Source: Candidatus Micrarchaeota archaeon (GTDB lineage: Archaea > Micrarchaeota > Micrarchaeia > Anstonellales > Bilamarchaeaceae). Taken from it: a stretch of DNA of 64,000 nucleotides. How positions within the stretch are numbered: position 1 is the stretch's first letter; the number at the start of each line of letters is the position of its first letter. Below the pieces are notes generated by a model. The model worked only from the letters and a program-made list of their open reading frames with translations, was not told the DNA's origin and ran no database searches. The stretch covers positions 128,001-192,000 of the forward strand of contig JBDRCX010000002.1 in assembly GCA_043821365.1 (NCBI GenBank), given 5' to 3'. Both the position numbers and the translations under genes were made by a program. Positions 1 to 9,559 of this stretch are shown one piece after another.

Positions 1-322
1 CTGGAACCGTTTGAATAAGTTTTTCCATCCCTTCACTTCCACCATTTGTTACAACCACATGATCAGTTCCAGCTTCTTTTTCTTTTATGATATCAACTAA
101 TGGTCCATATCCTTTTGGTGGGAAATATTCGCCTTTATATCCATTTGCCATTGCAGCTTGTATGTGTGCAGGAGTAGAAAAGTTTCGTGGATCAACTTTT
201 CCAGGATCACCAAGTGTAAAATTTATTATTTCTCTTCCCGAATGATGAACTGCTGGTGGTGGAAGTACTGCGACCGGTCTACCAAGCATTTCTCTTATAT
301 GATTTGCAACTAGTTGTCTCAT
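1..322 (-). CDS. PLP-dependent aminotransferase class I/II, N-terminal part (runs off the window start)
   Basis: Hand translation from ATG at 322: MRQLVANHIREMLGRP...IINFTLGDPGKVDP...HVVVTNGGSEGMEKLI. The L-G-D-P and VVVTxGGSE motifs are typical of class I aminotransferases. Not in the ORF track because it is truncated. Confidence 0.75.
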   Translation of the reverse strand, partial: MRQLVANHIREMLGRPVAVLPPPAVHHSGREIINFTLGDPGKVDPRNFSTPAHIQAAMANGYKGEYFPPKGYGPLVDIIKEKEAGTDHVVVTNGGSEGMEKLIQTVP

Positions 323-403
323 TGTCTAGTTTAATTACTCACAAATAGATTTAAACCCCACTTTTTTCAATTTAAATGCACATTTATAACTACTCTGACC
401 CTA

Positions 404-766
404 TTGTTAATAATGCCCATAACAAGGCTAAGTGATTTCAAAGTGCGGCATGGGTTATCACTAACACCATATGAAAAAGCTCATACACCTTTGTTAGATA
501 GATGCAAAGTTCGATCTGAAGGACCAATTTATCGAGATTCTCCTGTTGCTTTAAATGTTGAAGGAATAGAAAAATGCCATACTGGATGGATGATAAATTG
601 GGGAATTGGTTTTGGATTTCATGTTTTTCATGATGGCCAAAGAACTAAAAGAAAAGCATCTGCATTAGAAATCCATGAATTTAAAATGGAAATAAGCAGA
701 GCAGCAAAATCTAATCCTAAAATAAAAAAATTTCTGGATGAAAATCCAGAATTAAAATCAAATTAA
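404..766 (+). CDS. hypothetical protein (120 aa; ATG at 413 is an alternative start)
   Basis: Fills the gap between the aminotransferase and the convergent surface protein; TATA-like sequence upstream; no recognisable motif. Confidence 0.55.
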   Translation: MLIMPITRLSDFKVRHGLSLTPYEKAHTPLLDRCKVRSEGPIYRDSPVALNVEGIEKCHTGWMINWGIGFGFHVFHDGQRTKRKASALEIHEFKMEISRAAKSNPKIKKFLDENPELKSN

Positions 767-2406
767 GATGGTTCAAATCTAATCCTGTATAATCCACCAT
801 CATTGAAATCAAGGCTGAATTCATAGTCTTCGTCAAAATATTCTATGTCGTCTCCATCCTCTACTTCGTATTCATCACCGTCAATCTCAAAGGTGAAACT
901 ATCACTTGTTACTTCAACTATCTCAGCCAAAGTTCCAAATATGTAGAACTTTTTACCATCTAGGTTTAGTCCTGATGATTCTGTATCAAGATATGGGTAG
1001 AAATAAGAATCATAGTCGTAGAATAGAAGCTCGTCATCAAGACAACTATTATCTTCAGTCCAATCTACCATTATACCTGTGTAGCTATAATATTGAACTG
1101 CATGATATTCATCTATTGCAACTTCTGCCATTCCATCTCCTTCGTCTACTGATACAAGCTCCACAGTATCTGTATTCTCACCGCAGAAATCATCACCACT
1201 TTCCCCTACATCTAGTGTCTCACTGCATAATTCGTCATCATCTAGAAGTGCTTCATAATCTTCATAGACTAAAAACGTAGTTGAATTTGTTTCAACACTA
1301 TCAACTTTTAGAAACATCTCATCATTTATTTCGACTATTTGGTCTTCATAAAGCACAAGTTCATCATTTTCATCAAAACTTTTGATGTTGTATCGTTTAT
1401 CTTCTTCTTCAAGGTCTTCCTCATCTTTCTGGCATTGTACTTCCTGGCACTCACCATTGTAACATTCATATCCAGATCCGCAATTTATTTTTTCATATGA
1501 AATTGAGGTCTGAGATGCGCAATAATATTCTATCACTTGCGTATCTGAATAACAGCTATCAATTCCAGTTTCAGTGCCATATGTTGTAGTTCCCTTTTCC
1601 ATCTTGTCCTTTCCACCATCAGAGTCAACACAAGTTATCTCTACACATTCTCCACTTGCACATTCATAACCTGAATCACAATCAATTATCTCATTTTTCA
1701 CTGAATTATTCTCACAATAATATTCTTTTACTGCAGAACTGCCAGAACAGCTATCTGATTGGGAAATTGAACCTTTGGTTGCAGTTCCTTTCTCCATCTC
1801 ATCTTTTCCACCATCAGAATCAGCACATGTTGCTTCTTTGCATATTCCGTTTTCGCATATGTTTCCAGCACCACAAGCTATGTTTTCAGATTCTATCTTT
1901 GTATTATTACAATAATACTCTTTCAAAGTATTAGAATCAACACAACTATCTATTGAAGTATTATTAGATTCAATTACAGTTCCTTTTACTCCTATGGTTT
2001 TTCCACCATCAGAATCAGAACATTCTGCTTCCTTACATGCACCATTTTCGCATACATAACCAGTTGGGCAAAAGAATTCTTCTGATTTTGCTGTTTGCAA
2101 CTCACAATATGCCTCACTTACTTTCTGTATGCCTTTACAATTATCAGAAAATACTGATCCGTTGGTTGATGTTGCTACTCCTTTGTTGAATAAATCTTTT
2201 CCACCATCAGTATCAACACAGTTGTTCTGATTTGCACATTCTCCAGTTGCACTTACTTGAACACCAGCTTGTTTTGCCAAACATTCATTTGGGTAAGTGA
2301 TACCATCAGAACCACAAACCGGTACAACCTCATTGGGGCATTTAAGTAGGTTAGTACACCCTGCCAATAAAATCATAATTCCAAACACAAGCATTAATCC
2401 TTTCAT
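763..2406 (-). CDS. Lipoprotein/surface protein with Kazal domain, four Cys-rich DSDGG repeats and an acidic C-terminal domain
   Basis: Lipobox-like LLAGC; Kazal motif CPNEVVPVCGSDGITYPNEC...GEC; four approximately 65-aa repeats; D/E-rich C-terminal region. Confidence 0.8.
   Translation of the reverse strand: MKGLMLVFGIMILLAGCTNLLKCPNEVVPVCGSDGITYPNECLAKQAGVQVSATGECANQNNCVDTDGGKDLFNKGVATSTNGSVFSDNCKGIQKVSEAYCELQTAKSEEFFCPTGYVCENGACKEAECSDSDGGKTIGVKGTVIESNNTSIDSCVDSNTLKEYYCNNTKIESENIACGAGNICENGICKEATCADSDGGKDEMEKGTATKGSISQSDSCSGSSAVKEYYCENNSVKNEIIDCDSGYECASGECVEITCVDSDGGKDKMEKGTTTYGTETGIDSCYSDTQVIEYYCASQTSISYEKINCGSGYECYNGECQEVQCQKDEEDLEEEDKRYNIKSFDENDELVLYEDQIVEINDEMFLKVDSVETNSTTFLVYEDYEALLDDDELCSETLDVGESGDDFCGENTDTVELVSVDEGDGMAEVAIDEYHAVQYYSYTGIMVDWTEDNSCLDDELLFYDYDSYFYPYLDTESSGLNLDGKKFYIFGTLAEIVEVTSDSFTFEIDGDEYEVEDGDDIEYFDEDYEFSLDFNDGGLYRIRFEPS
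1435..2220 (-). repeat. Four tandem intragenic repeats (about 195 nt / 65 aa, six Cys each)
   Basis: Consensus C-x-D[ST]DGGK-x4-KG...D[SN]C...E[YA]YC...C-x2-G-x2-C-x2-G-x-C. The DNA seed tttccaccatcag recurs near 1611, 1806, 2001 and 2199. Confidence 0.85.
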
Positions 2407-2564
2407 GGGTAGTCCTATTTGTTAAATTTTAAAATAGTTTCCTAATTTTATTTCCAATTTAGGGATGTCATACTTGCCAGAACAAAGGCTTTTTAATAAA
2501 CACATACCTATTATGTTAACTGTTTCTTGTTTAACTTCAGAGCAAATACTGGAGGAAAGTTTCT

Positions 2565-4115
2565 ATGAAGATAAAGAGAGCACTGATCAGTGTCTATAGG
2601 AAAGACGGGATTGTTGAATTTGCTCGTTCATTACAGGAGCTTGGAATTGAAATCATCTCTAGTGGTGGAACTGCAAAAATTCTCTCAGAAAATAAAATCA
2701 AAGTAACAGAAGTCTCAGAGTTTACTAGTTCTCCTGAAATGATGGATGGCAGGGTTAAAACTCTACATCCAAAAATCCATGGCGCCATATTGGCAGATAG
2801 AACCAACAAAAAACATATGCAAGAAGCAAAGAAGCATAATATTCAGTTAATTGACATGGTTGTAGTCAATCTATATCCATTTGAAGACACTGTCAAAAGC
2901 AACAAATCACTCAAAGACATAGTTGAAAATATTGATATTGGTGGTCCAACTCTTCTAAGAGCAGCTGCTAAAAATTATAGGAATGTTGCAGTCATTTGCA
3001 ATCCAAAACATTATTCTTCTGTTATAGATGAAATGAAAAAAGGTGGCGGTTGGCTATCTGAAAAAACATTAGAAAGGTTAGCAATTGATACTTGGGAACA
3101 TGTTTCTCACTATGATGTCTTTATAGAACAGTTTTTTAGAAAAGCATTTGGTTTTAACGACGAATTTCCAGAATATTTAAATCTAACTTTTCATAAAAAG
3201 CAGAATCTTCGTTATGGTGAAAATCCTCATCAAAGATCCTCTGTTTATCGAGATGAGCACTATAGGAACCCATCAATTCTTGATGCTAAACAAATCCAGG
3301 GAAAAGAATTGTCATACAATAATATTATGGATTGTAATGCAGCTTTCAAACTAATTCGGGAATTTGATGAGCCAACAGGAGTTATAATCAAACACAACAA
3401 TCCATGTGGTGTGGCATCAGATCCAGATATACTCCAAGCTTTCAAAATGGCAAAAGCAGTTGATCCAGAGGCGTCTTTTGGTGGGGTAGTTGTATTAAAC
3501 CGTCCAGTTACTGAGGCAATCGCAAAGGAAATTCTGGGTAGATTTGTAGACATAATTATTGCACCCAGATTTGAACAATCAGCACTTGATGTTCTATCTG
3601 CTAAAAAGAATATGCGTGTTATGGAAGTTCCTGGAATTAATACAAAAAGATCTGGTTATAGGAAATATCGTTCTATTCTTGGTGGTCTTCTTGTCCAGGA
3701 TGCTAATGTAAAAATGCTTGATCAGATGAAAGTTGTTACAAAAAGAAAGCCATCAGAAGAAGAAATGAAATCTATGCAGTATGCCTGGAAGATTACAAAA
3801 TATGTAAAATCCAATTCAATTGTTTATGCTCGTCCTAATCGTGCTGTTGGAATTGGCGCTGGACAAATGAAAAGAGTGGACGCAGCCAAACTTGCAGCAA
3901 TGATTGCAAAAGATTATGGTGAAAAACTGAATGGATGTGCCATGGCATCAGATGCATTTTTCCCCTTTAGAGATGGTATTGATTATGCAGCGAAAATCGG
4001 AATTACGGCGATTATTCAACCAGGTGGATCCATCAGAGATAAGGAAGTAATAAAGGCTGCAGATGAGCATGGAATGACAATGGTGTTCACTGGAGTTAGG
4101 CATTTCAGGCACTAA
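2565..4115 (+). CDS. purH: Bifunctional AICAR transformylase / IMP cyclohydrolase
   Basis: ALISVYRK, SSGGTA, GRVKTLHP, IDIGGPTLLRAAAKN, LRYGENPHQ, ASDAFFPF and GVRHFRH motifs. Confidence 0.97.
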   Translation: MKIKRALISVYRKDGIVEFARSLQELGIEIISSGGTAKILSENKIKVTEVSEFTSSPEMMDGRVKTLHPKIHGAILADRTNKKHMQEAKKHNIQLIDMVVVNLYPFEDTVKSNKSLKDIVENIDIGGPTLLRAAAKNYRNVAVICNPKHYSSVIDEMKKGGGWLSEKTLERLAIDTWEHVSHYDVFIEQFFRKAFGFNDEFPEYLNLTFHKKQNLRYGENPHQRSSVYRDEHYRNPSILDAKQIQGKELSYNNIMDCNAAFKLIREFDEPTGVIIKHNNPCGVASDPDILQAFKMAKAVDPEASFGGVVVLNRPVTEAIAKEILGRFVDIIIAPRFEQSALDVLSAKKNMRVMEVPGINTKRSGYRKYRSILGGLLVQDANVKMLDQMKVVTKRKPSEEEMKSMQYAWKITKYVKSNSIVYARPNRAVGIGAGQMKRVDAAKLAAMIAKDYGEKLNGCAMASDAFFPFRDGIDYAAKIGITAIIQPGGSIRDKEVIKAADEHGMTMVFTGVRHFRH

Positions 4116-4147
4116 CAATTTTAAACATACCTAGACACATTCACATT

Positions 4148-5128
4148 ATGGCTAATAGACTAGTTCATACAAGTGATACTCGGTTAAATCAAAGTACAGC
4201 TGAACGCTTAGCAAAATCTGTGGCAAGAATAGCAGAACAAACCGGATCAAAAAGATTAGAATCATTATCTCTTTCAAATCAATCTACAGTAGCATTAACT
4301 GGTGTGCAAGATCTTAGATTATTCTTTTTAGGTATTGATAATGGGGCAATGGTATATCGAAATAGAAATTTAGATAAAATTCTTCGCCCATTAAAACGTA
4401 TATCCTTTGGTTTGAGGTATGATATTTACGCTACGGACATTCTAACAAGAGATGATGTCGAGAGGTATATATCTGCAGGAAAACTTGATCCATCTACTGT
4501 TCCTGGTTTCTTTTCATCACAGCATGCATTCGCAACTGTTGTTTTTGATAAATGGTCTAATGAATGGTTGGCTCCAACATGGCATTCAATAGGTAGGAAT
4601 CTTGATTCTCTAGCTCCACTTTGGTCTGGGAATACAACAGCAAGGGAACAAGCACCCATCAGTGCAACTCCATTTGATAGTGCTGCAATTGTTAGATCCA
4701 CTGATATTCCATCAGCAATAGCTAAACAAGAACCAACCCGTCTTCGTTTAGGAATTCCAGAATTAATGTTAAGGGTAGAATCCCATCTTGCTAGCGTCCA
4801 TCATTTCACTGTCATCAATTTATCCCCTATTTCTTCAAATAATCCTGCTAATCTTCCTATTGGTAATAATCTCAAATGCGCAGCATCTTTTTCTGATGGT
4901 GCAGTACATCTATCATGGACATCAAATGGCGCTACAAATAATCGGTCTGTTGTAGTTGATACCTATGATAGTAAAAAATCACAATCAATAGGTGATGGTT
5001 ATGACTTATACACTTGGGCAATTTCCATCTCCTCAGATCAGAATACAGATGCCAGATTTCTAATTGTTGTTGGTGTTTTTGATGATAAGAAGCAACCATG
5101 TGCAAGATTTGTTGCTACTGCGAATTAG
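4148..5128 (+). CDS. hypothetical protein (326 aa, Arg>Lys)
   Basis: Long ORF preceded by TTTTAAA box about 25 nt upstream; no family recognised. Confidence 0.7.
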   Translation: MANRLVHTSDTRLNQSTAERLAKSVARIAEQTGSKRLESLSLSNQSTVALTGVQDLRLFFLGIDNGAMVYRNRNLDKILRPLKRISFGLRYDIYATDILTRDDVERYISAGKLDPSTVPGFFSSQHAFATVVFDKWSNEWLAPTWHSIGRNLDSLAPLWSGNTTAREQAPISATPFDSAAIVRSTDIPSAIAKQEPTRLRLGIPELMLRVESHLASVHHFTVINLSPISSNNPANLPIGNNLKCAASFSDGAVHLSWTSNGATNNRSVVVDTYDSKKSQSIGDGYDLYTWAISISSDQNTDARFLIVVGVFDDKKQPCARFVATAN

Positions 5129-5207
5129 TTTTTATTGAATATTAGTAACAAACTGCCAAATCAATTGCCATAGCTCGTTCTACCATAATTCAAATCTTTT
5201 CCTATCA

Positions 5208-5870
5208 TCACTTTTCTGGTTCGAATACACCTACTGCCTGGATTTTACCATCTGGATAAATAAGATAATTTATGACTTCGAGTCGAAGCTGGTATCCAGA
5301 ACCTCTTTCTATTGCACCTTCTATTGGTCCAAATGGGCACGCCTTATCTGCCACTTCTCCTAATCCAATTTCTGATCTTGGTTCAAAAGTATAATACCCA
5401 ATTTGTTGAATGTACCCCTCTTTTGCAAGTGTGCTATAAAATTTTCCCATTATACTTCTACATCTTGGAACATTAATGCCAGTAGTTTCATTTACTTTGA
5501 ATGCACCATGTGTTATCCTGTTTCTATGCAAATCCTGACTTGCCCCATTTCTTAATGTACTCTCATAATATATTCTCACGTCTGGAGGATAAATTCTTGC
5601 ATCTCTTAACCTCTCTAAATATTCTTCTGGCCATTCAAATATGCCAGTTGTTTTTGGTCTTTTATCTGGTTTCAATGCTAAATCATTAACAATACATCCA
5701 AGTTTCACATTTTTACCGTCTTTTCTGAGTTCTTCTACCAATGTTACTGCCAATCTGAATGAAACTATTTCTGTTCTTGTCGGACCTTTATCTATTCTGA
5801 ATGCACCACCTTGAACGAGTATTCCATCCTTAACTAATATCCGTTTTTTATTACGAATCATATCCCACAC
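5208..5870 (-). CDS. hypothetical protein (220 aa), divergent from Lrp regulator
   Basis: Long ORF; alternating beta/alpha N-terminal pattern (ILVQGG...helix...LGCIVND); no family assigned. Confidence 0.7.
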   Translation of the reverse strand: MWDMIRNKKRILVKDGILVQGGAFRIDKGPTRTEIVSFRLAVTLVEELRKDGKNVKLGCIVNDLALKPDKRPKTTGIFEWPEEYLERLRDARIYPPDVRIYYESTLRNGASQDLHRNRITHGAFKVNETTGINVPRCRSIMGKFYSTLAKEGYIQQIGYYTFEPRSEIGLGEVADKACPFGPIEGAIERGSGYQLRLEVINYLIYPDGKIQAVGVFEPEK

Positions 5871-5986
5871 CTCGCCATGTTTTCTGATTAATTAACACAG
5901 TTTGGCTATTTAAAATATTTTAGCAAATTTTTAGCATTTTAGGAGGATTTATTAATATGATTACTAATAAGTAAAACTATTATGGA

Positions 5987-6009
5987 TTGAAATTTGCAAT
6001 AAATTTCAA
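5987..6009. promoter_or_regulatory. Perfect 9-bp inverted repeat, candidate operator upstream of the Lrp gene
   Basis: TTGAAATTT-GCAAT-AAATTTCAA, ending 27 nt upstream of the ATG at 6037. Confidence 0.5.
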
Positions 6010-6036
6010 AACTTAAAAAATCACGAGGATTTTTTA

Positions 6037-7026
6037 ATGGAAAAATTAATAAAAATAGACATAAAAGATCGCAAAATTCTGCGAGAACTAGATATGAATG
6101 CCAGGATAAACATCAAAGATTTGGCCAGACGTGTTGGTCTCTCTAGACAGGTTGTCCAATATAGGATTGACAGGATGAAGAACACTGGTTTATTACTGGG
6201 GGCAGTTACTGTTTTTGATTCTGCAGTTGTTGGACAACGGTGGTTTAGGGTTGCGATACAACTTCAAAAAATAACAAAAGAAAAGAAAAAAGAATTCATC
6301 TCTTATTTTGAAAAACACCCAAATGTTTTATGGCTTGGGGAAGTTGGTGGCAACTGGGATTTTGTTATAAATTTTGTAATTAGCGATCAATTCACATTCA
6401 ATCAAATTTTCGAAAAAATGCTTGAAGATTGGGGGGCATTTGTAAAAAAATACGAAATTCTTACTTATATAAATGTACGAGATCAGGCAAGGCGGTACGT
6501 CCTCCCAGACTACCAAATAAAATATACCGAGTTTTTCCATGCGATGAAGAATGATAGAAATGTAAAACTTGATGAGCTTGATAAAAAACTCATCCAACTT
6601 TTAGCTAAAAATGCATGGCTATCAGCATCTGAGCTTGGAAATAAACTTGGTGTAAATTATAAAACAATACAGGAAAGAATAAAAAAATTAGAAAAGGCAA
6701 ATGTCATACTTGGTTATCGTTTGATTTCCCATCCAAGAATGCTTGGCTATGAATCTCATATGATTTTCCTCGGAATCCAATCATATAGGCCAGATTTGGA
6801 AAAACAACTCTACGAGTTTCTTAATCATCCAAATGTTACTTTTTTAGTAAAACACCTTGGTCTTTGGAGGATTGGTATGGAAGTTGAAGTTTCATCTTCT
6901 AAAGAATTCCAAAATTTTCTTATAGAATTACGAACAAGATTTGGTGATTTGATATCAACCTACGAAACATTTCCAATATTCCATGATCATTTATTTAATT
7001 ATTTTCCAGATGGTGCATTAAAATGA
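6037..7026 (+). CDS. Lrp/AsnC family transcriptional regulator (two tandem HTH+RAM units)
   Basis: Two wHTH starts (IDIKDRKILRELDMNAR..LARRVGLSRQVV and LDELDKKLIQLLAKNAW..LGNKLGV), each followed by a RAM-like domain. Confidence 0.92.
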   Translation: MEKLIKIDIKDRKILRELDMNARINIKDLARRVGLSRQVVQYRIDRMKNTGLLLGAVTVFDSAVVGQRWFRVAIQLQKITKEKKKEFISYFEKHPNVLWLGEVGGNWDFVINFVISDQFTFNQIFEKMLEDWGAFVKKYEILTYINVRDQARRYVLPDYQIKYTEFFHAMKNDRNVKLDELDKKLIQLLAKNAWLSASELGNKLGVNYKTIQERIKKLEKANVILGYRLISHPRMLGYESHMIFLGIQSYRPDLEKQLYEFLNHPNVTFLVKHLGLWRIGMEVEVSSSKEFQNFLIELRTRFGDLISTYETFPIFHDHLFNYFPDGALK

Positions 7027-7301
7027 CCGAAGTTGTTGAGTATTTTTGCAAGTCATGCGGGAAAAAATATGGTCCATTAGGTATGCATGGTTTTATGCCA
7101 GATCATGGAACTGGAGAGTTACCAGTTGTGTGCAAAACATGCAAAATAATTTTTGTTGGTAAATATGAGAAAAATGTTCTTGTAAATAAATGTTCTATTT
7201 GCAATTCCATTCCATCTGATTTTGATAAAAAATGCCCTAATTGTGGTTCTTCAGAAATGTACTTTAAAGACACTCGTTTTGGCATAGAAGGAAAATGCTA
7301 A
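7023..7301 (+). CDS. Small Cys-rich zinc-ribbon protein
   Basis: Four CxxC pairs (CKSC, CKTC, CSIC, CPNC); ATGA overlap with the Lrp stop codon. Confidence 0.75.
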   Translation: MTEVVEYFCKSCGKKYGPLGMHGFMPDHGTGELPVVCKTCKIIFVGKYEKNVLVNKCSICNSIPSDFDKKCPNCGSSEMYFKDTRFGIEGKC

Positions 7302-8437
7302 TTTTCAATAAAAGCTTTCAAAACTTCAATAAGTTCAAGATAGCTTTTCTTTGAAACCCACTCACCACAAGAATGCTCTCCAGATCCAATTGGCCCATAG
7401 GTAATAATCGGTATTCCTTGCATTGCAATCAAATTCTCATCAGCAACACTCATACCACAATTGTAATTTGCTTCAACTCCAAGTTTCTCCTTTATTAGGT
7501 TTGCAAGTTTTTGAACATTTTGATTTTCTTTTGAGGTTACATATGGCAGCAAATATGGAACTTCTCTTGGCTTTACTTTTACAGTTGCTCTTTTTTGGTT
7601 TCTCAAAGTTCCATCATCATAAAGTTTGTTTATTGTTGATTGGAGATCATCTCTCACACTTTCAGCTGTCTCAGGAAGAACAAGATGTCTATCAACAATT
7701 AATGTTGCTTTATCAGGTATAGATAGTGAAACGGTTTCTGAGTATATTCTTCTAACAAACTGGTTTCCCATGTTCAAATCAGGATGTGTTGGCAATTGTG
7801 AATTCATATTTTCAAGTTCAACTGCTATTTTTGATGCTTCGGTAATTGCAGATATGCCATTCTCTATCATTGCAGCATGACAGCTTTTTCCAAAAACATC
7901 AATTTCATATTGAACTCTACCACGTCTACCTAGTGTTATTGTTCTTGTTTTTTCATTTATGTCTTCAATGTCTGATATCTCAGTTGCAATTGCAAATTCA
8001 ACATCATTTAGAAAATCTGTTCTCGTTACCTGATAACATCCTTGCGAATCTGCTTCCTCATCACTAACAAATATGATTTTTATTGCTCTTTCATTATCTA
8101 ATTTTTCAACAGCTTTCAATATAGCAGCAATTCCTGCTTTCATATCATATGCTCCTAACCCGTAAAGTTTGCCATTCTCTTCTCTAAGTTTGTATGGATT
8201 ACTCTGCTCATAACCATATGGTGGAACAGTGTCCATGTGAGCATACAGGAGAAGTGGGGTTCCTTTTGATCCTCTACTTGCAAGAACATTCATTCTATTC
8301 TCATTAAACTTTTCAATTCTAACATTGAACTTTCTTTTTTTTAGTTGTTCAGCCAAAAAGTTTGCAAGTTGGGCCTCATTTGGAAAAACTGAGTTTATTG
8401 AAACAAGTTCTCTAAGTAATTCTATATGATCCATCAT
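7298..8437 (-). CDS. M20 family metallopeptidase/deacylase (ArgE/DapE-like)
   Basis: AHMDTV, GLGAYDMKAG, DEE, GKSCHAA and GEH metal-binding motifs. Confidence 0.92.
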   Translation of the reverse strand: MMDHIELLRELVSINSVFPNEAQLANFLAEQLKKRKFNVRIEKFNENRMNVLASRGSKGTPLLLYAHMDTVPPYGYEQSNPYKLREENGKLYGLGAYDMKAGIAAILKAVEKLDNERAIKIIFVSDEEADSQGCYQVTRTDFLNDVEFAIATEISDIEDINEKTRTITLGRRGRVQYEIDVFGKSCHAAMIENGISAITEASKIAVELENMNSQLPTHPDLNMGNQFVRRIYSETVSLSIPDKATLIVDRHLVLPETAESVRDDLQSTINKLYDDGTLRNQKRATVKVKPREVPYLLPYVTSKENQNVQKLANLIKEKLGVEANYNCGMSVADENLIAMQGIPIITYGPIGSGEHSCGEWVSKKSYLELIEVLKAFIEN

Positions 8438-9378
8438 CTCACGTCAGCCCAAACATGAAGGTTTTCCATGTCTCCTGTTTCATTAAAGTCTCTGTCACTA
8501 ACAAGAATACAGTGTTTTGGTAATGTTCCACAATAAGTAAAGCCTGCTTTCTGAGAAGATCTATTAACAGCTTCCCATGGGGCTCTATTTTCAGAGTATA
8601 TTACTGCATCATCCCCATGTAGCCGTCTAATTGCTACTCTTGCATCCATCTGCATAAGTGTCATAAGACCATTACCGCGGTGGGCTCTAAATGTTGCAAA
8701 GTCACTTAATTCAAAAAGATGAACTGTCTGACCATCTATTATGAGAGTGCAATGTTCTGCTATTAATGAAGCAACTATGTCCTGGGTTGTTCTTTCTCTT
8801 GCAACTACTACTATATTCCCATTGCTTAGCATCTCTTCCATTGACCCTTCTGTTATATCAAATGTGTATTTTTCATATGCTTCTCTATAAAGTGCCAATA
8901 ATCTTGCAATATCCCTTTGTTTTGCTCCATTTTGATCCACAGGTGATATCGCATATCCTGCATCGCTTATTCTTCTAGCAGCTTCGGTTGTTGTTACTGG
9001 TTCTATACCAGCCATTCTTGCTAAGCTATCTATCTCTGCTTTAAGTACCTCTGGGTCTGGCATTCTTTCTGATCGGTTTCTGCCAAAATAAACCATAGAA
9101 AAGCCAGGCATTATTCTATCAGCAGGAACCACTGCCTCAACATCTAATCCATCTGCTTTTCTTATTCCTTCTAACAATCCTTTTCCTACAAATGCACGAA
9201 CTGTTGTTCTTGTAGCCTGTGGATGCGCTGCTTGAATATCATGAACTGAGCCAACCATCCTATCTAGGTCACGTCTAGCTAGTATGCGTTCAGTGCAAAA
9301 TCCTTTGATACGACTGTTATGTCCATCATATCGTGCAGGCCATACTGCGCCCACACTTCCAACTTGATTCAAAGCCAT
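8434..9378 (-). CDS. GNAT acetyltransferase, AblB/YodP (beta-lysine N-acetyltransferase)-like
   Basis: C-terminal ELSDFATFRAHRGNGLM...SENRA...VNRSSQKAGFTYCGTLPKHC...MENLHVW matches the AblB-type GNAT pattern (E.TD.AT.P..RG.GL...MN....GY.Y.G.L.N.C...E.M.VW). Confidence 0.7.
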   Translation of the reverse strand: MALNQVGSVGAVWPARYDGHNSRIKGFCTERILARRDLDRMVGSVHDIQAAHPQATRTTVRAFVGKGLLEGIRKADGLDVEAVVPADRIMPGFSMVYFGRNRSERMPDPEVLKAEIDSLARMAGIEPVTTTEAARRISDAGYAISPVDQNGAKQRDIARLLALYREAYEKYTFDITEGSMEEMLSNGNIVVVARERTTQDIVASLIAEHCTLIIDGQTVHLFELSDFATFRAHRGNGLMTLMQMDARVAIRRLHGDDAVIYSENRAPWEAVNRSSQKAGFTYCGTLPKHCILVSDRDFNETGDMENLHVWADVR

Positions 9379-9454
9379 ATTTATTCACATTTTCTGGCAC
9401 TTTTTCTGAGCCATTACGTACTTTTCTATTATTTACCATTGTATTTTTAAATAT

Positions 9455-9497
9455 ATCGTAATCTTATTACGATTAACGTAATACTATCAAGTATTAC
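9455..9497. promoter_or_regulatory. Two adjacent inverted repeats between the divergent GNAT and Lrp genes (candidate operators)
   Basis: ATCGTAAT-CTT-ATTACGAT (9455-9473) and GTAATAC-TATCAA-GTATTAC (9478-9497); further ATCGTA/TACG half-sites at about 9506-9526. Confidence 0.55.
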
Positions 9498-9559
9498 AAC
9501 CGAATATCGTAAAATACGAAAATCGTAGTCTTTTTATTATTTCACTAAGCAACAAAATC

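Noticed and set aside
5142-5186. 14-aa minus-strand ORF MVERAMAIDLAVCY as a RiPP-like precursor
   Set aside because: Too short to distinguish from chance; no convincing SD or recognised modifying enzyme.
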